64,000 bases of DNA, taken from contig OY762897.2 in assembly GCA_963666515.2 (NCBI GenBank), forward strand, positions 1,888,001-1,952,000, given 5' to 3'. This DNA comes from Candidatus Binatia bacterium. Its GTDB lineage: Bacteria; Desulfobacterota; Binatia; UBA9968; JAJDTQ01. Of this stretch, positions 37,151-46,913 are shown one piece after another. Below the pieces are notes generated by a model that saw nothing but the letters and a program-made list of their open reading frames with translations, was not told the DNA's origin and did no database searches. Position numbers and translations under genes: made by a program. Position 1 is the stretch's first letter, and each line of letters begins with the position of its first letter.

Positions 37151-38899
37151 ATGGACGCCATCAAGCTCGAAGTCATCTACAACGCCACCAACCAGATTGC
37201 GTACGAGCTGACGCAGAAGCTCATGCGCAACGGCTATTCGTCCATCGTCAAGGAGAGCCAGGACCTGGCCCTGAGCATCTGCGACAGTCAGGGGCGCAAC
37301 GTCGGGCAGTACTCGCCCAACCCGGTGGGGCTGGGGGTGGTCGGCTCCCAGCTCAAGGGTATTCTCCAGGACTTCGCCGGCGCCATCGGCGAGGGCGACA
37401 CCTTCATCCTGAACCATCCCTACCGCTACTGCCAGAACCACCCCAGCGACGTTACGCTGATCTCGCCGGTGTTCCATAAGGGACAGCTCATGGCCTTTGT
37501 CGGCAACACCGCCCACAAGCCGGACATCGGCGGCAAGGTGCCGGGCACCAACGCGGGCGACGCCACCGAGGTGTTCCAGGAGGGGCTGCTGATACCGCCC
37601 CTGAAGCTCTACGAGGGGGGCGTTCTCAACGAGGCGGTGCAGCAGCTCATCTGCGCCAACACCCGCACCCCGGAGGTCACCTGGGGGGACATCCGCGCGC
37701 AGGTAACGTCCAATCTTCACGGCATCGACCGGCTCACCGCGCTGGCGGACCGCTTCGGGCTGGACGACGTGCTCGCCTGCTGGGAGGAGCGCATCGCCAT
37801 CACCGAGCGGGAGCTGCGCTCGCGCATCGCCGCCATGCCGCCGGGAACCTACGGCCCGGTCACCGACTACATCGACGATGACGGCGTGGAGCTGGACAAG
37901 CCGCTGGAGGTCACGGCCACGCTGCACGTGCGCGGCGACGAGTTGGAGTTCGAGTTCGCCTCGGCGAAGCAGTCGCGCGGGCCGCTGAACCTCCGGCCCT
38001 GCGTGGTGCGGGCGGTGGCCGAGTACTGCGTGCAGGCCGCCATCGGGCCGGACCTGCCCAAGAACCAGGGCTGCTCCGCGCCCATCCGCATCACCCTCCC
38101 CGCCCCCGGACACCTGCTGAACCCCGAGTTCCCGGCGCCGGTGAACATGTACGCCACCACCTGCCACCGGCTGGCGCCGGTGATCATGATGGTCTTGGCG
38201 CAGGCCCTGCCGGAGCGGGTGGCCGCGCCCCAGAGCAGCTCGGGCGGCGCGGTGTCGTTCAACGGTGTGGAGCCGGACGGCGGGCGGCGCTACTCGCAGT
38301 ACGAGATCCTGTGGGGCGGCTACGGCGCCCGCCCCGGCAAGGACGGCGTCAGCGGCAGCGCCGCGGACATCAGCAACGTCATGAGCACGCCGGTGGAGGC
38401 GCTGGAAAACGAGTTCCCGGTGCGGATGCAGTGCTTCGAGGTGAACCCCGACTCCGCGGGCGCGGGGCAATACCGCGGCGGCCTGGGCATCCGGCGCGGC
38501 TGGCAGGTGTTGAACGACGACGTGACCCTGAACCTGCGCCTGGACCGCTTCAGGTTCTCCTCGCCGGGCCTGTTCGGCGCACGCCCCAGCGCACCGGCGC
38601 GCTGCACCCTCAATCCGGGCACCGGCGACGCCCGCGCACTCCACTCCAAGACGGCCAACATCCCCATGTCCAGGGGCGACACGCTGTTGCTGGAGTTGGG
38701 TGGCGGCGGGGGTTGGGGCGACCCTCTGGCGCGGGAGCCGGAGCGCGTGCTCGATGACGTGCGCAACGGTTACGTGTCGCTGGCGGCGGCGCGGGATGTG
38801 TACGGCGTGGTCATCGACCCCGAGACACTGAGCATCGATTCAGCGGCCACACGCCGACAACGCGAGGACATCAGGAACCGTGCTGCGCATCGGCATTGA
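37151..38899 (+). CDS. Hydantoinase B/oxoprolinase
   Basis: NHPY...HPSD, HKPDIGGKVPG, EVFQEG, GGGGWGDP. Confidence 0.93.
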   Translation: MDAIKLEVIYNATNQIAYELTQKLMRNGYSSIVKESQDLALSICDSQGRNVGQYSPNPVGLGVVGSQLKGILQDFAGAIGEGDTFILNHPYRYCQNHPSDVTLISPVFHKGQLMAFVGNTAHKPDIGGKVPGTNAGDATEVFQEGLLIPPLKLYEGGVLNEAVQQLICANTRTPEVTWGDIRAQVTSNLHGIDRLTALADRFGLDDVLACWEERIAITERELRSRIAAMPPGTYGPVTDYIDDDGVELDKPLEVTATLHVRGDELEFEFASAKQSRGPLNLRPCVVRAVAEYCVQAAIGPDLPKNQGCSAPIRITLPAPGHLLNPEFPAPVNMYATTCHRLAPVIMMVLAQALPERVAAPQSSSGGAVSFNGVEPDGGRRYSQYEILWGGYGARPGKDGVSGSAADISNVMSTPVEALENEFPVRMQCFEVNPDSAGAGQYRGGLGIRRGWQVLNDDVTLNLRLDRFRFSSPGLFGARPSAPARCTLNPGTGDARALHSKTANIPMSRGDTLLLELGGGGGWGDPLAREPERVLDDVRNGYVSLAAARDVYGVVIDPETLSIDSAATRRQREDIRNRAAHRH

Positions 38900-40904
38900 C
38901 ACCGGCGGCACGTTCACCGACCTGAGCGTGTTCGACGAGGACGACGGGCGCGTCTGCCTGACGCACAAGCTGCCGTCACGTCCGCAGAACCCCACCGAGG
39001 CCATAGCCGCGGGCCTGCGCGAGATCACCGCCCGGCTGCCGGACAAGGCCCGCTATGTCCTCCACGGCACCACCATCGGCCTCAACACGCTGCTGGAGGG
39101 CCGCGAGCCGCCGCCGGGGCTCCTGGTCACCGAAGGGTTCCGCGACATCCTGGAGCTGGACCGCCAGTGGCGCGGCGACCAGGTGTACAACCTGTTCTTC
39201 GACCGCCCGCGGCAGCTCGTGCCCCGGCGCCTGATCCGGCCGGTGCGGGAGCGCGTGGACTCCCGCGGCCGGGAGGTGCTTCCGCTGGATGCCGAACAGG
39301 CCCGCGCCGCGGTCAGGGAACTCCTGGACTCGGGGGTGCGTTCGGTGGCCGTGAGCCTGCTGTTCTCGTTCGCCAACCCGGACCACGAACGAAAGCTCCG
39401 GGCGATCCTGGAAGAGATGGCCCCGGACGTCTACGTCACGCTGTCGTCGGAGGTGGACCCGCAGTTCCGGGAGTTCGAGCGCACCAGCACCGCGGTGGTC
39501 AACGCGTTCATCGGCCCGCGCGTCAGCGGCTACGTGGGCACCATCGAAGCCGCGGTCCACGAGCTGATGGAAGGCGCCCGGGTGCTGATCATGCAGTCCA
39601 ACGGCGGCGTGGCCACGCCCGCGGTGATCGCCCGGGCGCCGGTGCAGACGCTCATGTCGGGTCCGGTGGCCGGCGTGGTCGGGACCCGGCGGCTGTGCCG
39701 GGAGATCGGCCGCGAGAACGCTATTTCCCTCGACATCGGCGGCACGAGCTGCGACATGTCGGTGATCCCCGGCGAGCTTCTGACCGCGCCCCAGAGCAAG
39801 GTGGCGGGCTATACGGTGCGGGCCGCCACCGTGGACATCGAGACCATCGGCAGCGGCGGCGGCAGCATCGCCCGGGTGGAGTCGGGCCGCCTCCTCAAGG
39901 TGGGGCCGCAGAGCGCCGGCGCAGTGCCCGGGCCGGCCTGCTACGGCGCCGGCGACCAGCCTACCCTCACCGACGCGCTGGTGGTGCTGGGCCACCTCAA
40001 CCGGGAAGCGCTGCTGGACGGCGCCATGCCCATCGACGCCGGGGCCGCACGCAGCGCCATCGCCGGCAGCGTCGCCGGGCCGCTGGACATGACGCCGGAG
40101 CGGGCCGCCGCGGGCATCGTCGAGGTGCTGGCCGCGCAGGTGGCCATGTCCATGCGCTCGGTCACCATCGAAAAGGGTTACGACCCCAGGGACTTCATCC
40201 TGGCGGCCTACGGCGGCGCCGGGCCCACGGTGGCCTGCCCCATCGCCCGGGAGCTGGATATCCCGCAGATCTGCATCCCGCAGGACCCGGGCAACTTCTG
40301 CGCCGCGGGGATGCTGCTCACCGACCTAGTCCGCAGCTACTCCCTCACCCGCATCGGTCCGCTGGACGAGACCCCGGAGAGCGCCATCCGGGAAGCGCTG
40401 GAGGAACTCCGCGAGCGGGGCGTGCGGGAACTGGAAGAGCAGGGCGTGACCCCGGACCGCATCGAAACCGAGTACTTCCTCGACATGCGCTATCCCGGCC
40501 AGTCCTACGAGGTCACGGTGCCGGCCGGCGGCGCCTCCAGGGAAGAACTCACCCGGCGCTTCCACGAGGCCCACGGGCGGCTGTTCGGCCACACCGCGGA
40601 GGAAGAGTCCATGGAGATCGTCAACTACCGCGCGCGCTGCACCGGCCGCCTGCCCAAGATGACCTTTGGCGCCCCCCCTTCGGCCAACGGCCCGGCTCGG
40701 CCCGAGAGCCGGCGGTCCGCGCTCTTCCCGGGCGCTGACGCTCCGTTCGACGCACCCGTCTACCGCCGCGCCGGCCTTGCCCCCGGCTTCCGCATCCCCG
40801 GACCGGCCATCGTCGAGGAATACACCTCCACCACCGTCGTCTACCCCTCCTTCGAGCTGTCCGTGGACCCTCGCGGCAACCTCAGGCTGCAAAGCACGGC
40901 ATAG
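38880..40904 (+). CDS. Hydantoinase A/oxoprolinase (ATP-binding subunit)
   Basis: IGIDTGGTFTD, SGPVAG, DIGGTSCD, GSGGGS, PGPACYG. Confidence 0.94.
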   Translation: MLRIGIDTGGTFTDLSVFDEDDGRVCLTHKLPSRPQNPTEAIAAGLREITARLPDKARYVLHGTTIGLNTLLEGREPPPGLLVTEGFRDILELDRQWRGDQVYNLFFDRPRQLVPRRLIRPVRERVDSRGREVLPLDAEQARAAVRELLDSGVRSVAVSLLFSFANPDHERKLRAILEEMAPDVYVTLSSEVDPQFREFERTSTAVVNAFIGPRVSGYVGTIEAAVHELMEGARVLIMQSNGGVATPAVIARAPVQTLMSGPVAGVVGTRRLCREIGRENAISLDIGGTSCDMSVIPGELLTAPQSKVAGYTVRAATVDIETIGSGGGSIARVESGRLLKVGPQSAGAVPGPACYGAGDQPTLTDALVVLGHLNREALLDGAMPIDAGAARSAIAGSVAGPLDMTPERAAAGIVEVLAAQVAMSMRSVTIEKGYDPRDFILAAYGGAGPTVACPIARELDIPQICIPQDPGNFCAAGMLLTDLVRSYSLTRIGPLDETPESAIREALEELRERGVRELEEQGVTPDRIETEYFLDMRYPGQSYEVTVPAGGASREELTRRFHEAHGRLFGHTAEEESMEIVNYRARCTGRLPKMTFGAPPSANGPARPESRRSALFPGADAPFDAPVYRRAGLAPGFRIPGPAIVEEYTSTTVVYPSFELSVDPRGNLRLQSTA

Positions 40905-40907
40905 TCG

Positions 40908-41162
40908 TCAATAATGATAGCGGCACTGTGCGATCATCACCGACTCGCCTTCCACCTTGTAGACGAGACGATGCTCGCCATTGATGCGGCGTGACCAGTA
41001 GCCGGTCAAGCCGTGTTTCAGAGGTTCGGGCGCTCCGATGCCTTCAAAGGGTGAGCGGAGAATGTCTCGGATCAGGAGATTGACCCGGTTGAGCAGCTTC
41101 CGGTCCGTCTTCTGCCAGTGGAGGTAGTCGTCCCACGCATCCTGGGAGAAGATCAGCCTCAC
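40908..41162 (-). CDS. yoeB: Txe/YoeB toxin
   Basis: AWDDYLHWQ, PFEGIGAPEPLKH, WSRRINGEHRLVY, CRYHY. Confidence 0.94.
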   Translation of the reverse strand: MRLIFSQDAWDDYLHWQKTDRKLLNRVNLLIRDILRSPFEGIGAPEPLKHGLTGYWSRRINGEHRLVYKVEGESVMIAQCRYHY

Positions 41163-41410
41163 ACGACGAGGTCTCGCACCGTACCGGCGCCGGACTCGAG
41201 TTCGACAATGGACCGCAGGAGCCTGCGCGCGTTTCTTGGGCTGTGGAGAAGGTACGCGGTCTCCTCCAACGCGTGATAGTCCTCCAGCGACATCATCACC
41301 ACGGAGCGGTTGTTCTTTCGAGTGATCACCACCGGCGCATGGTCGTCGCAGACCTTCTCCATGGTCTTGGCGAGCCGTGCCCGGGCGTCGGAGTATGAAA
41401 TCGTATCCAT
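41159..41410 (-). CDS. yefM: YefM antitoxin
   Basis: SYSDARARLA, PVVITR, ETAYLLHSPRNARRL. Confidence 0.94.
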   Translation of the reverse strand: MDTISYSDARARLAKTMEKVCDDHAPVVITRKNNRSVVMMSLEDYHALEETAYLLHSPRNARRLLRSIVELESGAGTVRDLVV

Positions 41411-41419
41411 GCCGCCTCC

Positions 41420-41440
41420 TTGTACTGGAAATTGTACAAT
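41420..41440. promoter_or_regulatory. YefM-type operator
   Basis: TGTAC (41421) and palindromic attgtacaat (41431-41440), cores 12 bp apart. Confidence 0.7.
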
Positions 41441-41484
41441 CGCGACGAGCCGATGGCAAACAACCGGTTAGCCCTGCGGCCGGA

Positions 41485-42042
41485 TCACGCGAACTGGATC
41501 ATGTCGAGCCCCGTGAACCGCATGCGGTCGGCGGCGCCCGCGGGGATCACGGTGAGCTGGTGGATGGCGTACTCGTGCTCGTACGTGCTCTTGGCGTTGA
41601 CGCCGTCCAGCGGGATGATCACGTTGTAGCGATGGACCCGGGCGGCGGCGGTGGCGGTGTAGAGCACGGCGACGTTGGTCAGGGAGCCGGTCACGATGAG
41701 GTTCTCGGTGCCTGCTTCGCTCAGGATGGCCTGGAGGTCGCCGCCGGCAAACTTGTCGAAGGCGTCGGGATGGAGTACGGGCTCGGTTTCTCTGCGCTTG
41801 AGAGGCGCCGCCACCTCGCCCATGGGCGTGCCCTTGAACTGCAACGAGACGGTGAAAACCACGGGGACCGAAGCCTCCCGGACCCGCTCCAGGAATCCGC
41901 CCAGGGGCTCCATCAACTGCGAGCAGACCTCCTCCGGGTCATGGCACCGGGCGTTCAGGTCGAGCACCACCACCGCGGTCTTGGCCGCGTCCAGCGAGAT
42001 GTCTTTCGGTTCAGGTCGGTTAGGACCGGTGGTTTCGGTCAT
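41485..42042 (-). CDS. Isochorismatase/cysteine-hydrolase family protein (catalytic Cys absent)
   Basis: TAVVVLDL, PVVF, LIVTGSLTNVAVLYTA. Confidence 0.8.
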   Translation of the reverse strand: MTETTGPNRPEPKDISLDAAKTAVVVLDLNARCHDPEEVCSQLMEPLGGFLERVREASVPVVFTVSLQFKGTPMGEVAAPLKRRETEPVLHPDAFDKFAGGDLQAILSEAGTENLIVTGSLTNVAVLYTATAAARVHRYNVIIPLDGVNAKSTYEHEYAIHQLTVIPAGAADRMRFTGLDMIQFA

Positions 42043-42128
42043 CGGAATCCCTCCGTTGTTTCCTGCCATTGCTGCGCCGGGCGTTGGTTCTCCCGCAGGG
42101 GCGACCCGCGGTCGCCCCCTGCAGGGTT

Positions 42129-43982
42129 TCACCGCAACGTGCGCCCCTGGTCCATCAGCCGGTTCCGGCGGATACGATCTCGCAACTCTTGCGTCGCGGC
42201 CTCATCCACTTCCAGGCTTTCCGCTTCCATCGCCACGCCGTAGATCTCTTCCGCTGTGGCCGTGGAGATGCGCCCGTTCAGCAGGCTCTCCGCCACGGCT
42301 TCCGGCTCCCGGTCCAGCGGGTCGCCGTAGCCGCCGCCGCTGCCCAGACGGAGGTAGAGTACGTCGTCCTTGCCGATCTCGAACTCGCAGTAGGGCAGCA
42401 GCCTTCTTTCGCCTTCGAGCGCGGCGAGGTCGTCTATGCAGCGGCGGTCCGCCAGCAGCTCGTTCACCCGGGTCCCTTCCAGCAGCACCAGCAGGCTGGG
42501 AGCGCCGGGGTGGCCGCCGAACATGCCGACCCCGGAGTTCCTGAGGCCGGCCACGCCGAAGGCCACGCCCCGGATCTTCTCCTCGGGCGCGTCGTGGAGC
42601 TTTACGGTGGCCTCCACGCCCACGCCGCCGGCGAACTTTCCGGCGCCGCCGCCGTCCGTGAGGTGGCGCCGGTAGAGGTACATGAGCGGGAAGTTCAGTT
42701 CCAGCCACTCGACGTTGTGGCAGGTGAGGTAGCCGCCGGAATCGATGCCGTCGCCGTGGGGGCTGGCGCCGGAGCCGCTCAGTTCCAGCAGCGTGGAGAC
42801 GTAGAAGCGGCCGTGCTGGTTCACGCCGGCGTGGCGCACGACCCGGAACCCCAGGGTCAGCGCGGTCACCTCGTCCTTCCAGGTCTCGCTGCCCGCCAGC
42901 ATCTGCGCCAGCACCGAGGCGGACACGTAGGAGACGGTCTTGAGGCCGGAGGTGGTGTTCATGGACACGGGCCCCGGGTACTGCACGTTCACCACGGTGC
43001 CTTCCGGGGCGATGACCTCGATGGGTCCGAAGGCGCCGTGGTTCTTGGGCAGGTCGTAGCCCAGGGCGGTGAGCACCGACTCGAAGCAGCCGCCGAAGGT
43101 GGCGTGGTACGGCAGGTTGATTCCCTGGCGCGCCTGCGGGTCGCTGCCGGTGAAGTCGAAGGTCAGGCGGTCGCCGCGCTTGCGCAGCTCCACGCACACC
43201 CGGCGGGTCTCGTTGGCGGCGATGGTGCCCTCGTCGATCCAGGTGCCGTCGGGGATCTCCCGGAGCCGCTTCGCCAGTATCTCGCGCGAGTAGCGGATCA
43301 TCTCCGCGGACACCGCGGTGATCAGCTCGGGTCCGTACTGCGCGAACATCTCCTCCATGCGCGAGCGGGCCACGTTGTTGGCCGCCAGCTCGCACTTGAG
43401 GTCCAACCCCACCAGCACCGGCTGCCGGGTCATGTTGACGAGGGTGTCGAAGACGTCCTGCCGCATCCGGCCCCGCTCCACCAGCTTGAGGCCGGGTATC
43501 CTGAGCCCCTCGTGGCAGATCTCGGTGGCGCCGGGCGAGTTGCCGCCGGGCGACATGGCGCCGATGTCCATCACGTGGACGAACGTGGCGCTCCACGCCA
43601 TCAGCCGGTCCTCGTGGTGGACCGGCGCGATCATGTAGATGTCGGACTGGTGGATGGCGGCGAGGTAGGGGTCGTTCAGCAGGAAGACGTCGCCCGGGTG
43701 GATGCCGCCGTCCCCCTCGAAGCGCTCGATGATCCGCTTGACCGCGAAGCCGGCGCAGGCGGCGTGCCGGATCATGGACTCCCCCACCGAAAGCACGTCG
43801 CCGTTGGCCATGTACAGCGACGCCATGTAGTCGTGCAACTGGGTGGTGTTGACCGTGCCGCCGACGCGCTCCAGGGTGGCGCCCATCTCGCGGGTGATCT
43901 CGTGCAGACGGTGCGAGAGGATCTCGAAGGTGACGGGGTCCACCTGCCGGCTCGTCGTGTCTCCGTTCGTCGTATCCATCAC
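42129..43982 (-). CDS. Hydantoinase B/oxoprolinase
   Basis: DPVTFEIL, NDPYLAAIHQSD, HVMDIG, GGGYGDPLDR. Confidence 0.93.
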   Translation of the reverse strand: MMDTTNGDTTSRQVDPVTFEILSHRLHEITREMGATLERVGGTVNTTQLHDYMASLYMANGDVLSVGESMIRHAACAGFAVKRIIERFEGDGGIHPGDVFLLNDPYLAAIHQSDIYMIAPVHHEDRLMAWSATFVHVMDIGAMSPGGNSPGATEICHEGLRIPGLKLVERGRMRQDVFDTLVNMTRQPVLVGLDLKCELAANNVARSRMEEMFAQYGPELITAVSAEMIRYSREILAKRLREIPDGTWIDEGTIAANETRRVCVELRKRGDRLTFDFTGSDPQARQGINLPYHATFGGCFESVLTALGYDLPKNHGAFGPIEVIAPEGTVVNVQYPGPVSMNTTSGLKTVSYVSASVLAQMLAGSETWKDEVTALTLGFRVVRHAGVNQHGRFYVSTLLELSGSGASPHGDGIDSGGYLTCHNVEWLELNFPLMYLYRRHLTDGGGAGKFAGGVGVEATVKLHDAPEEKIRGVAFGVAGLRNSGVGMFGGHPGAPSLLVLLEGTRVNELLADRRCIDDLAALEGERRLLPYCEFEIGKDDVLYLRLGSGGGYGDPLDREPEAVAESLLNGRISTATAEEIYGVAMEAESLEVDEAATQELRDRIRRNRLMDQGRTLR

Positions 43983-44033
43983 TGCCCGGCCTCGTGTAAA
44001 CCCTTCCGGTTGGATGCGTCCTGGAACCGTCGC

Positions 44034-46166
44034 TCAGGAACCGGCGGCGTTGTCCTCCACGAATATCCTGATGTTGCGGAACCCGTCGATCTCGGCCCGG
44101 TCCCGCGGGTTCACCACCACCGTCGTCACGGGCGTCTCGATCACCGCCGGGCCGGACAGCTCCATGCCCGGCGTCATGCGCCGGAAATCGTAGACGGCGG
44201 TGGGAGCGAACTCCCCCAGTTCCTCGAAGAAAACGCTTCGCTCCGTCTTCCGGGCCTGGTCCGCAGTCGCCCCGGCCGCGGGTTCCTCCCGGATGCGGGG
44301 CTTGGCCAGCAAACCCGTCGCGGTGACCCGGAACGTCAGGATCTCCTTGCCCGCCTCCCGGTAGCCCGACCCCTTGCCGTACGCCTTCTCATACGCCTCG
44401 TCGAAGTCCGCGTAAAGCCGTTCCAGGTCCGCCTCCGTGAGCGGCGCCGTGCCCGGAGACAGCGGCACGTTCAACTCGTGGACCTGGTAGCGGTAGCGCA
44501 TGTCCACGCTTCGCGTGATCGCCGTGTCCGCCGGGGCGAATCCGGCAGCGCCCAGGGCGTCCTCCGCCCTCCGGATCAGCTCGGCGAAGTTCTCGTTGAC
44601 GCGGCCGGGGTCCGCCGGCACCTGAATGTGATCGGACTTGCCGTACTCGTGCACCACGTCGGAGCTGATGAGGCCGGTGGCGCCGTGCACCGAGGCGGTG
44701 AGCGGGATCACCACCTGCCGGACTCCCAGGTCCGCGGCATAGCGTCCGGCGTGCATCGGACCGGCGCCGCCGAAGGCGAACAGCACGAACGCCCGCGGGT
44801 CGTGGCCCTTCTCCACCGTGGCCCGGCGGATGAGGTCGCTCATGTGCGCGTTGGAGATGCGGTAGATACCCAGGGCGGCCTCGGACTCGCTCATGCCCAG
44901 GGGCTCCGCGATCCGTTGCCTGACCGCCCGGAGCGCGGCGTCGCGGTCGAGCCGCATCCGCCCGCCCAGGAAATAATCGGGGTTGAGGTAGCCGAGGATG
45001 AGGTCGGCGTCCGAGACCGTGGGCTCGGTTCCGCCGAGGCCGTAGCACACCGGACCGGGGCTCGCGCCCGCGCCCTCCGGCCCCACCTTGAGCAGCCCGG
45101 TCTCCGGTTCGATCCAGGCCATGCTGCCGCCTCCCGCGCCCACGGACTCCACCCAGATCTTGGGCGCCAGCACCCGGTGGCGTAGCACCACCGGCGTGTA
45201 GTCGCGCTCGACGCGCCCGTCCCGGACCACCCCCACCTTGAAGGTGGTGCCGCCCATGTCCGTGGCCAGGATGTTGCGCTCGCCGATCATCTCGCCCAGG
45301 AACCGCGTCCCCGCCACCCCGGAGGCCGGGCCGGACTCGATGGTGCCGACGGCGTTCCGGCAGGTGGCCTCGATGTCGAGCACGCCGCCGTAGGCCTGCA
45401 TGATCATCGGCGGCTTGGCCAACCCCTTGGCCCGCAGCACCTGATCGAGATTCACCAGGTAGCTCGATATCCGCGGGCCGATGTAGGCGTTGAACACCGT
45501 GGTGGCGGTGCGCTCGTACTCGCCCACGAAAGGAGCGGCCGCACTCGAAAGGGTTACGTAGACGCCGGGATGACGGCGCCGCAGGATGGCGGCCACCGCC
45601 TGCTCGTGGGCGTCGTTGGTCACGGACCATAACAGGCACACGGCCACGGACTCGACGCCGCGCGCGGCCAGATCGTCCAGGGCGCCTGCCGCCTGCTCCT
45701 CGTCGAGGGGCACGGTGACCGCGCCCTTGTAGTCCACGCGCTCGTTCACCTCGGCAACCAACGACCGGGGCACGAAGGGCTCGGGCTTCCGCAGCCACGC
45801 CAGCCGGCCCGCCTCCGCCTCGGTGAGTCCGTCCGTGACCTTGCCGCGCATCATGAGCAGGGTATCGGGGAAGCCGCGAGTGGTAACCAAGCCGGTGCGG
45901 GGACCGGAGCGGGTGATCAGGGTGTTCTCGCCGATGGTGCAGGCATGAAAGAAAAGACGGGTGCGCCGGAGCAGTTCTTCCTCGTCGCCGAGACCGATGT
46001 TCCGCGCCGCGTCCCGCACCGCCCCGGCGGCGCCGGCGGAGTAGTCCGGAGGCGTGGAAAGCGACTTGCCCACGACCATCTCGCCCTGGTCGTCGACCAC
46101 GACGCAGTCGGTGAAGGTGCCGCCGATGTCCACGCCGACCAGGTAACGGCCTCGCGAATCACTCAT
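44034..46166 (-). CDS. Hydantoinase A/oxoprolinase
   Basis: VGVDIGGTFTD, SGPASG, DMGGTTF, GAGGGS, PGPVCYG. Confidence 0.94.
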   Translation of the reverse strand: MSDSRGRYLVGVDIGGTFTDCVVVDDQGEMVVGKSLSTPPDYSAGAAGAVRDAARNIGLGDEEELLRRTRLFFHACTIGENTLITRSGPRTGLVTTRGFPDTLLMMRGKVTDGLTEAEAGRLAWLRKPEPFVPRSLVAEVNERVDYKGAVTVPLDEEQAAGALDDLAARGVESVAVCLLWSVTNDAHEQAVAAILRRRHPGVYVTLSSAAAPFVGEYERTATTVFNAYIGPRISSYLVNLDQVLRAKGLAKPPMIMQAYGGVLDIEATCRNAVGTIESGPASGVAGTRFLGEMIGERNILATDMGGTTFKVGVVRDGRVERDYTPVVLRHRVLAPKIWVESVGAGGGSMAWIEPETGLLKVGPEGAGASPGPVCYGLGGTEPTVSDADLILGYLNPDYFLGGRMRLDRDAALRAVRQRIAEPLGMSESEAALGIYRISNAHMSDLIRRATVEKGHDPRAFVLFAFGGAGPMHAGRYAADLGVRQVVIPLTASVHGATGLISSDVVHEYGKSDHIQVPADPGRVNENFAELIRRAEDALGAAGFAPADTAITRSVDMRYRYQVHELNVPLSPGTAPLTEADLERLYADFDEAYEKAYGKGSGYREAGKEILTFRVTATGLLAKPRIREEPAAGATADQARKTERSVFFEELGEFAPTAVYDFRRMTPGMELSGPAVIETPVTTVVVNPRDRAEIDGFRNIRIFVEDNAAGS

Positions 46167-46184
46167 AACCATCTGATCTTTCAG

Positions 46185-46213
46185 TTGACACGTGGTGGCG
46201 GCAATAGTAGATT
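46185..46213 (+). promoter_or_regulatory. Near-consensus sigma70 promoter
   Basis: TTGACA (46185-46190)-17 bp-TAGATT (46208-46213). Confidence 0.75.
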
Positions 46214-46219
46214 TCACCC

Positions 46220-46277
46220 ACTAACTTGCTAACCCCCCCCGGGATCGAGCCGGAAACGGCCCCCGGGGGTTTTTTTT
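46220..46277 (+). ncRNA. Putative structured leader/small RNA ending in an intrinsic-terminator-like hairpin and U8
   Basis: cccccggg (46236-43) pairs with cccggggg (46262-69), enclosing gccg-GAAA-cggc; T8 at 46270-77; ATG follows at 46287. Confidence 0.55.
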
Positions 46278-46286
46278 GAGTTTCCT

Positions 46287-46913
46287 ATGGCACTGGAGCG
46301 CGCAGTCCTCTTCATCGACGGAAGCAACTTCTACCATGCCGCCAGGCACATCGGAATCTCCACCGGAGATGTTGACTATCAGAAATTGGCCAACAACCTG
46401 ATTTTGAACCGGGAACTGGCCGGTATCCGATACTATGTGGGGCAGGTTTCCGGTGATCTCTCCCGCCGTTCGTCTCAACAAAAGTTTCTGAGCAGGATAC
46501 AGGGCCAGGGTGTGACGGTTGTCAAGGGCCGAATCGAGCGCAAAATGGTCCGCCCGGAAGACAATCCTTTGATTGGAAAGCTGAAGGACGTGGTCGCCGC
46601 CCACAAAGCGGACCTCGGCGGTCCGATTCTCCTCGAACTTGAAGCCTTGTGCAAAATGTCACTCCCTCAGTACACCGAGAAGAGAGTCGATGTTTCCATC
46701 GCAGTGGACATGGTGACAATGGCGTACGGCGGGCAATATGATGTCGCGTATCTTCTCTCGGCGGACGGAGATTTCGTCCCGGCAGTCGAGGCCGTCAAGA
46801 AGTCGGGCAAAAAGGTGTTCGCCGCCTCGCCCAGCTCTGGTTACGAGCTTACGAGAGTCGTCGATAAGTTCATCCGCCTGAGGAAGGACTGGTTTTTGGG
46901 CTTGTCCGCATAG
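46287..46913 (+). CDS. NYN (LabA/DUF88, PIN-fold) ribonuclease
   Basis: LFIDGSNFY, EKRVDVSIAVDM, LLSADGDFVPAV; acidic catalytic residues intact. Confidence 0.92.
   Translation: MALERAVLFIDGSNFYHAARHIGISTGDVDYQKLANNLILNRELAGIRYYVGQVSGDLSRRSSQQKFLSRIQGQGVTVVKGRIERKMVRPEDNPLIGKLKDVVAAHKADLGGPILLELEALCKMSLPQYTEKRVDVSIAVDMVTMAYGGQYDVAYLLSADGDFVPAVEAVKKSGKKVFAASPSSGYELTRVVDKFIRLRKDWFLGLSA

Noticed and set aside
42069-45185. 1038-aa plus-strand ORF
   Set aside because: Antisense shadow of the hydantoinase genes
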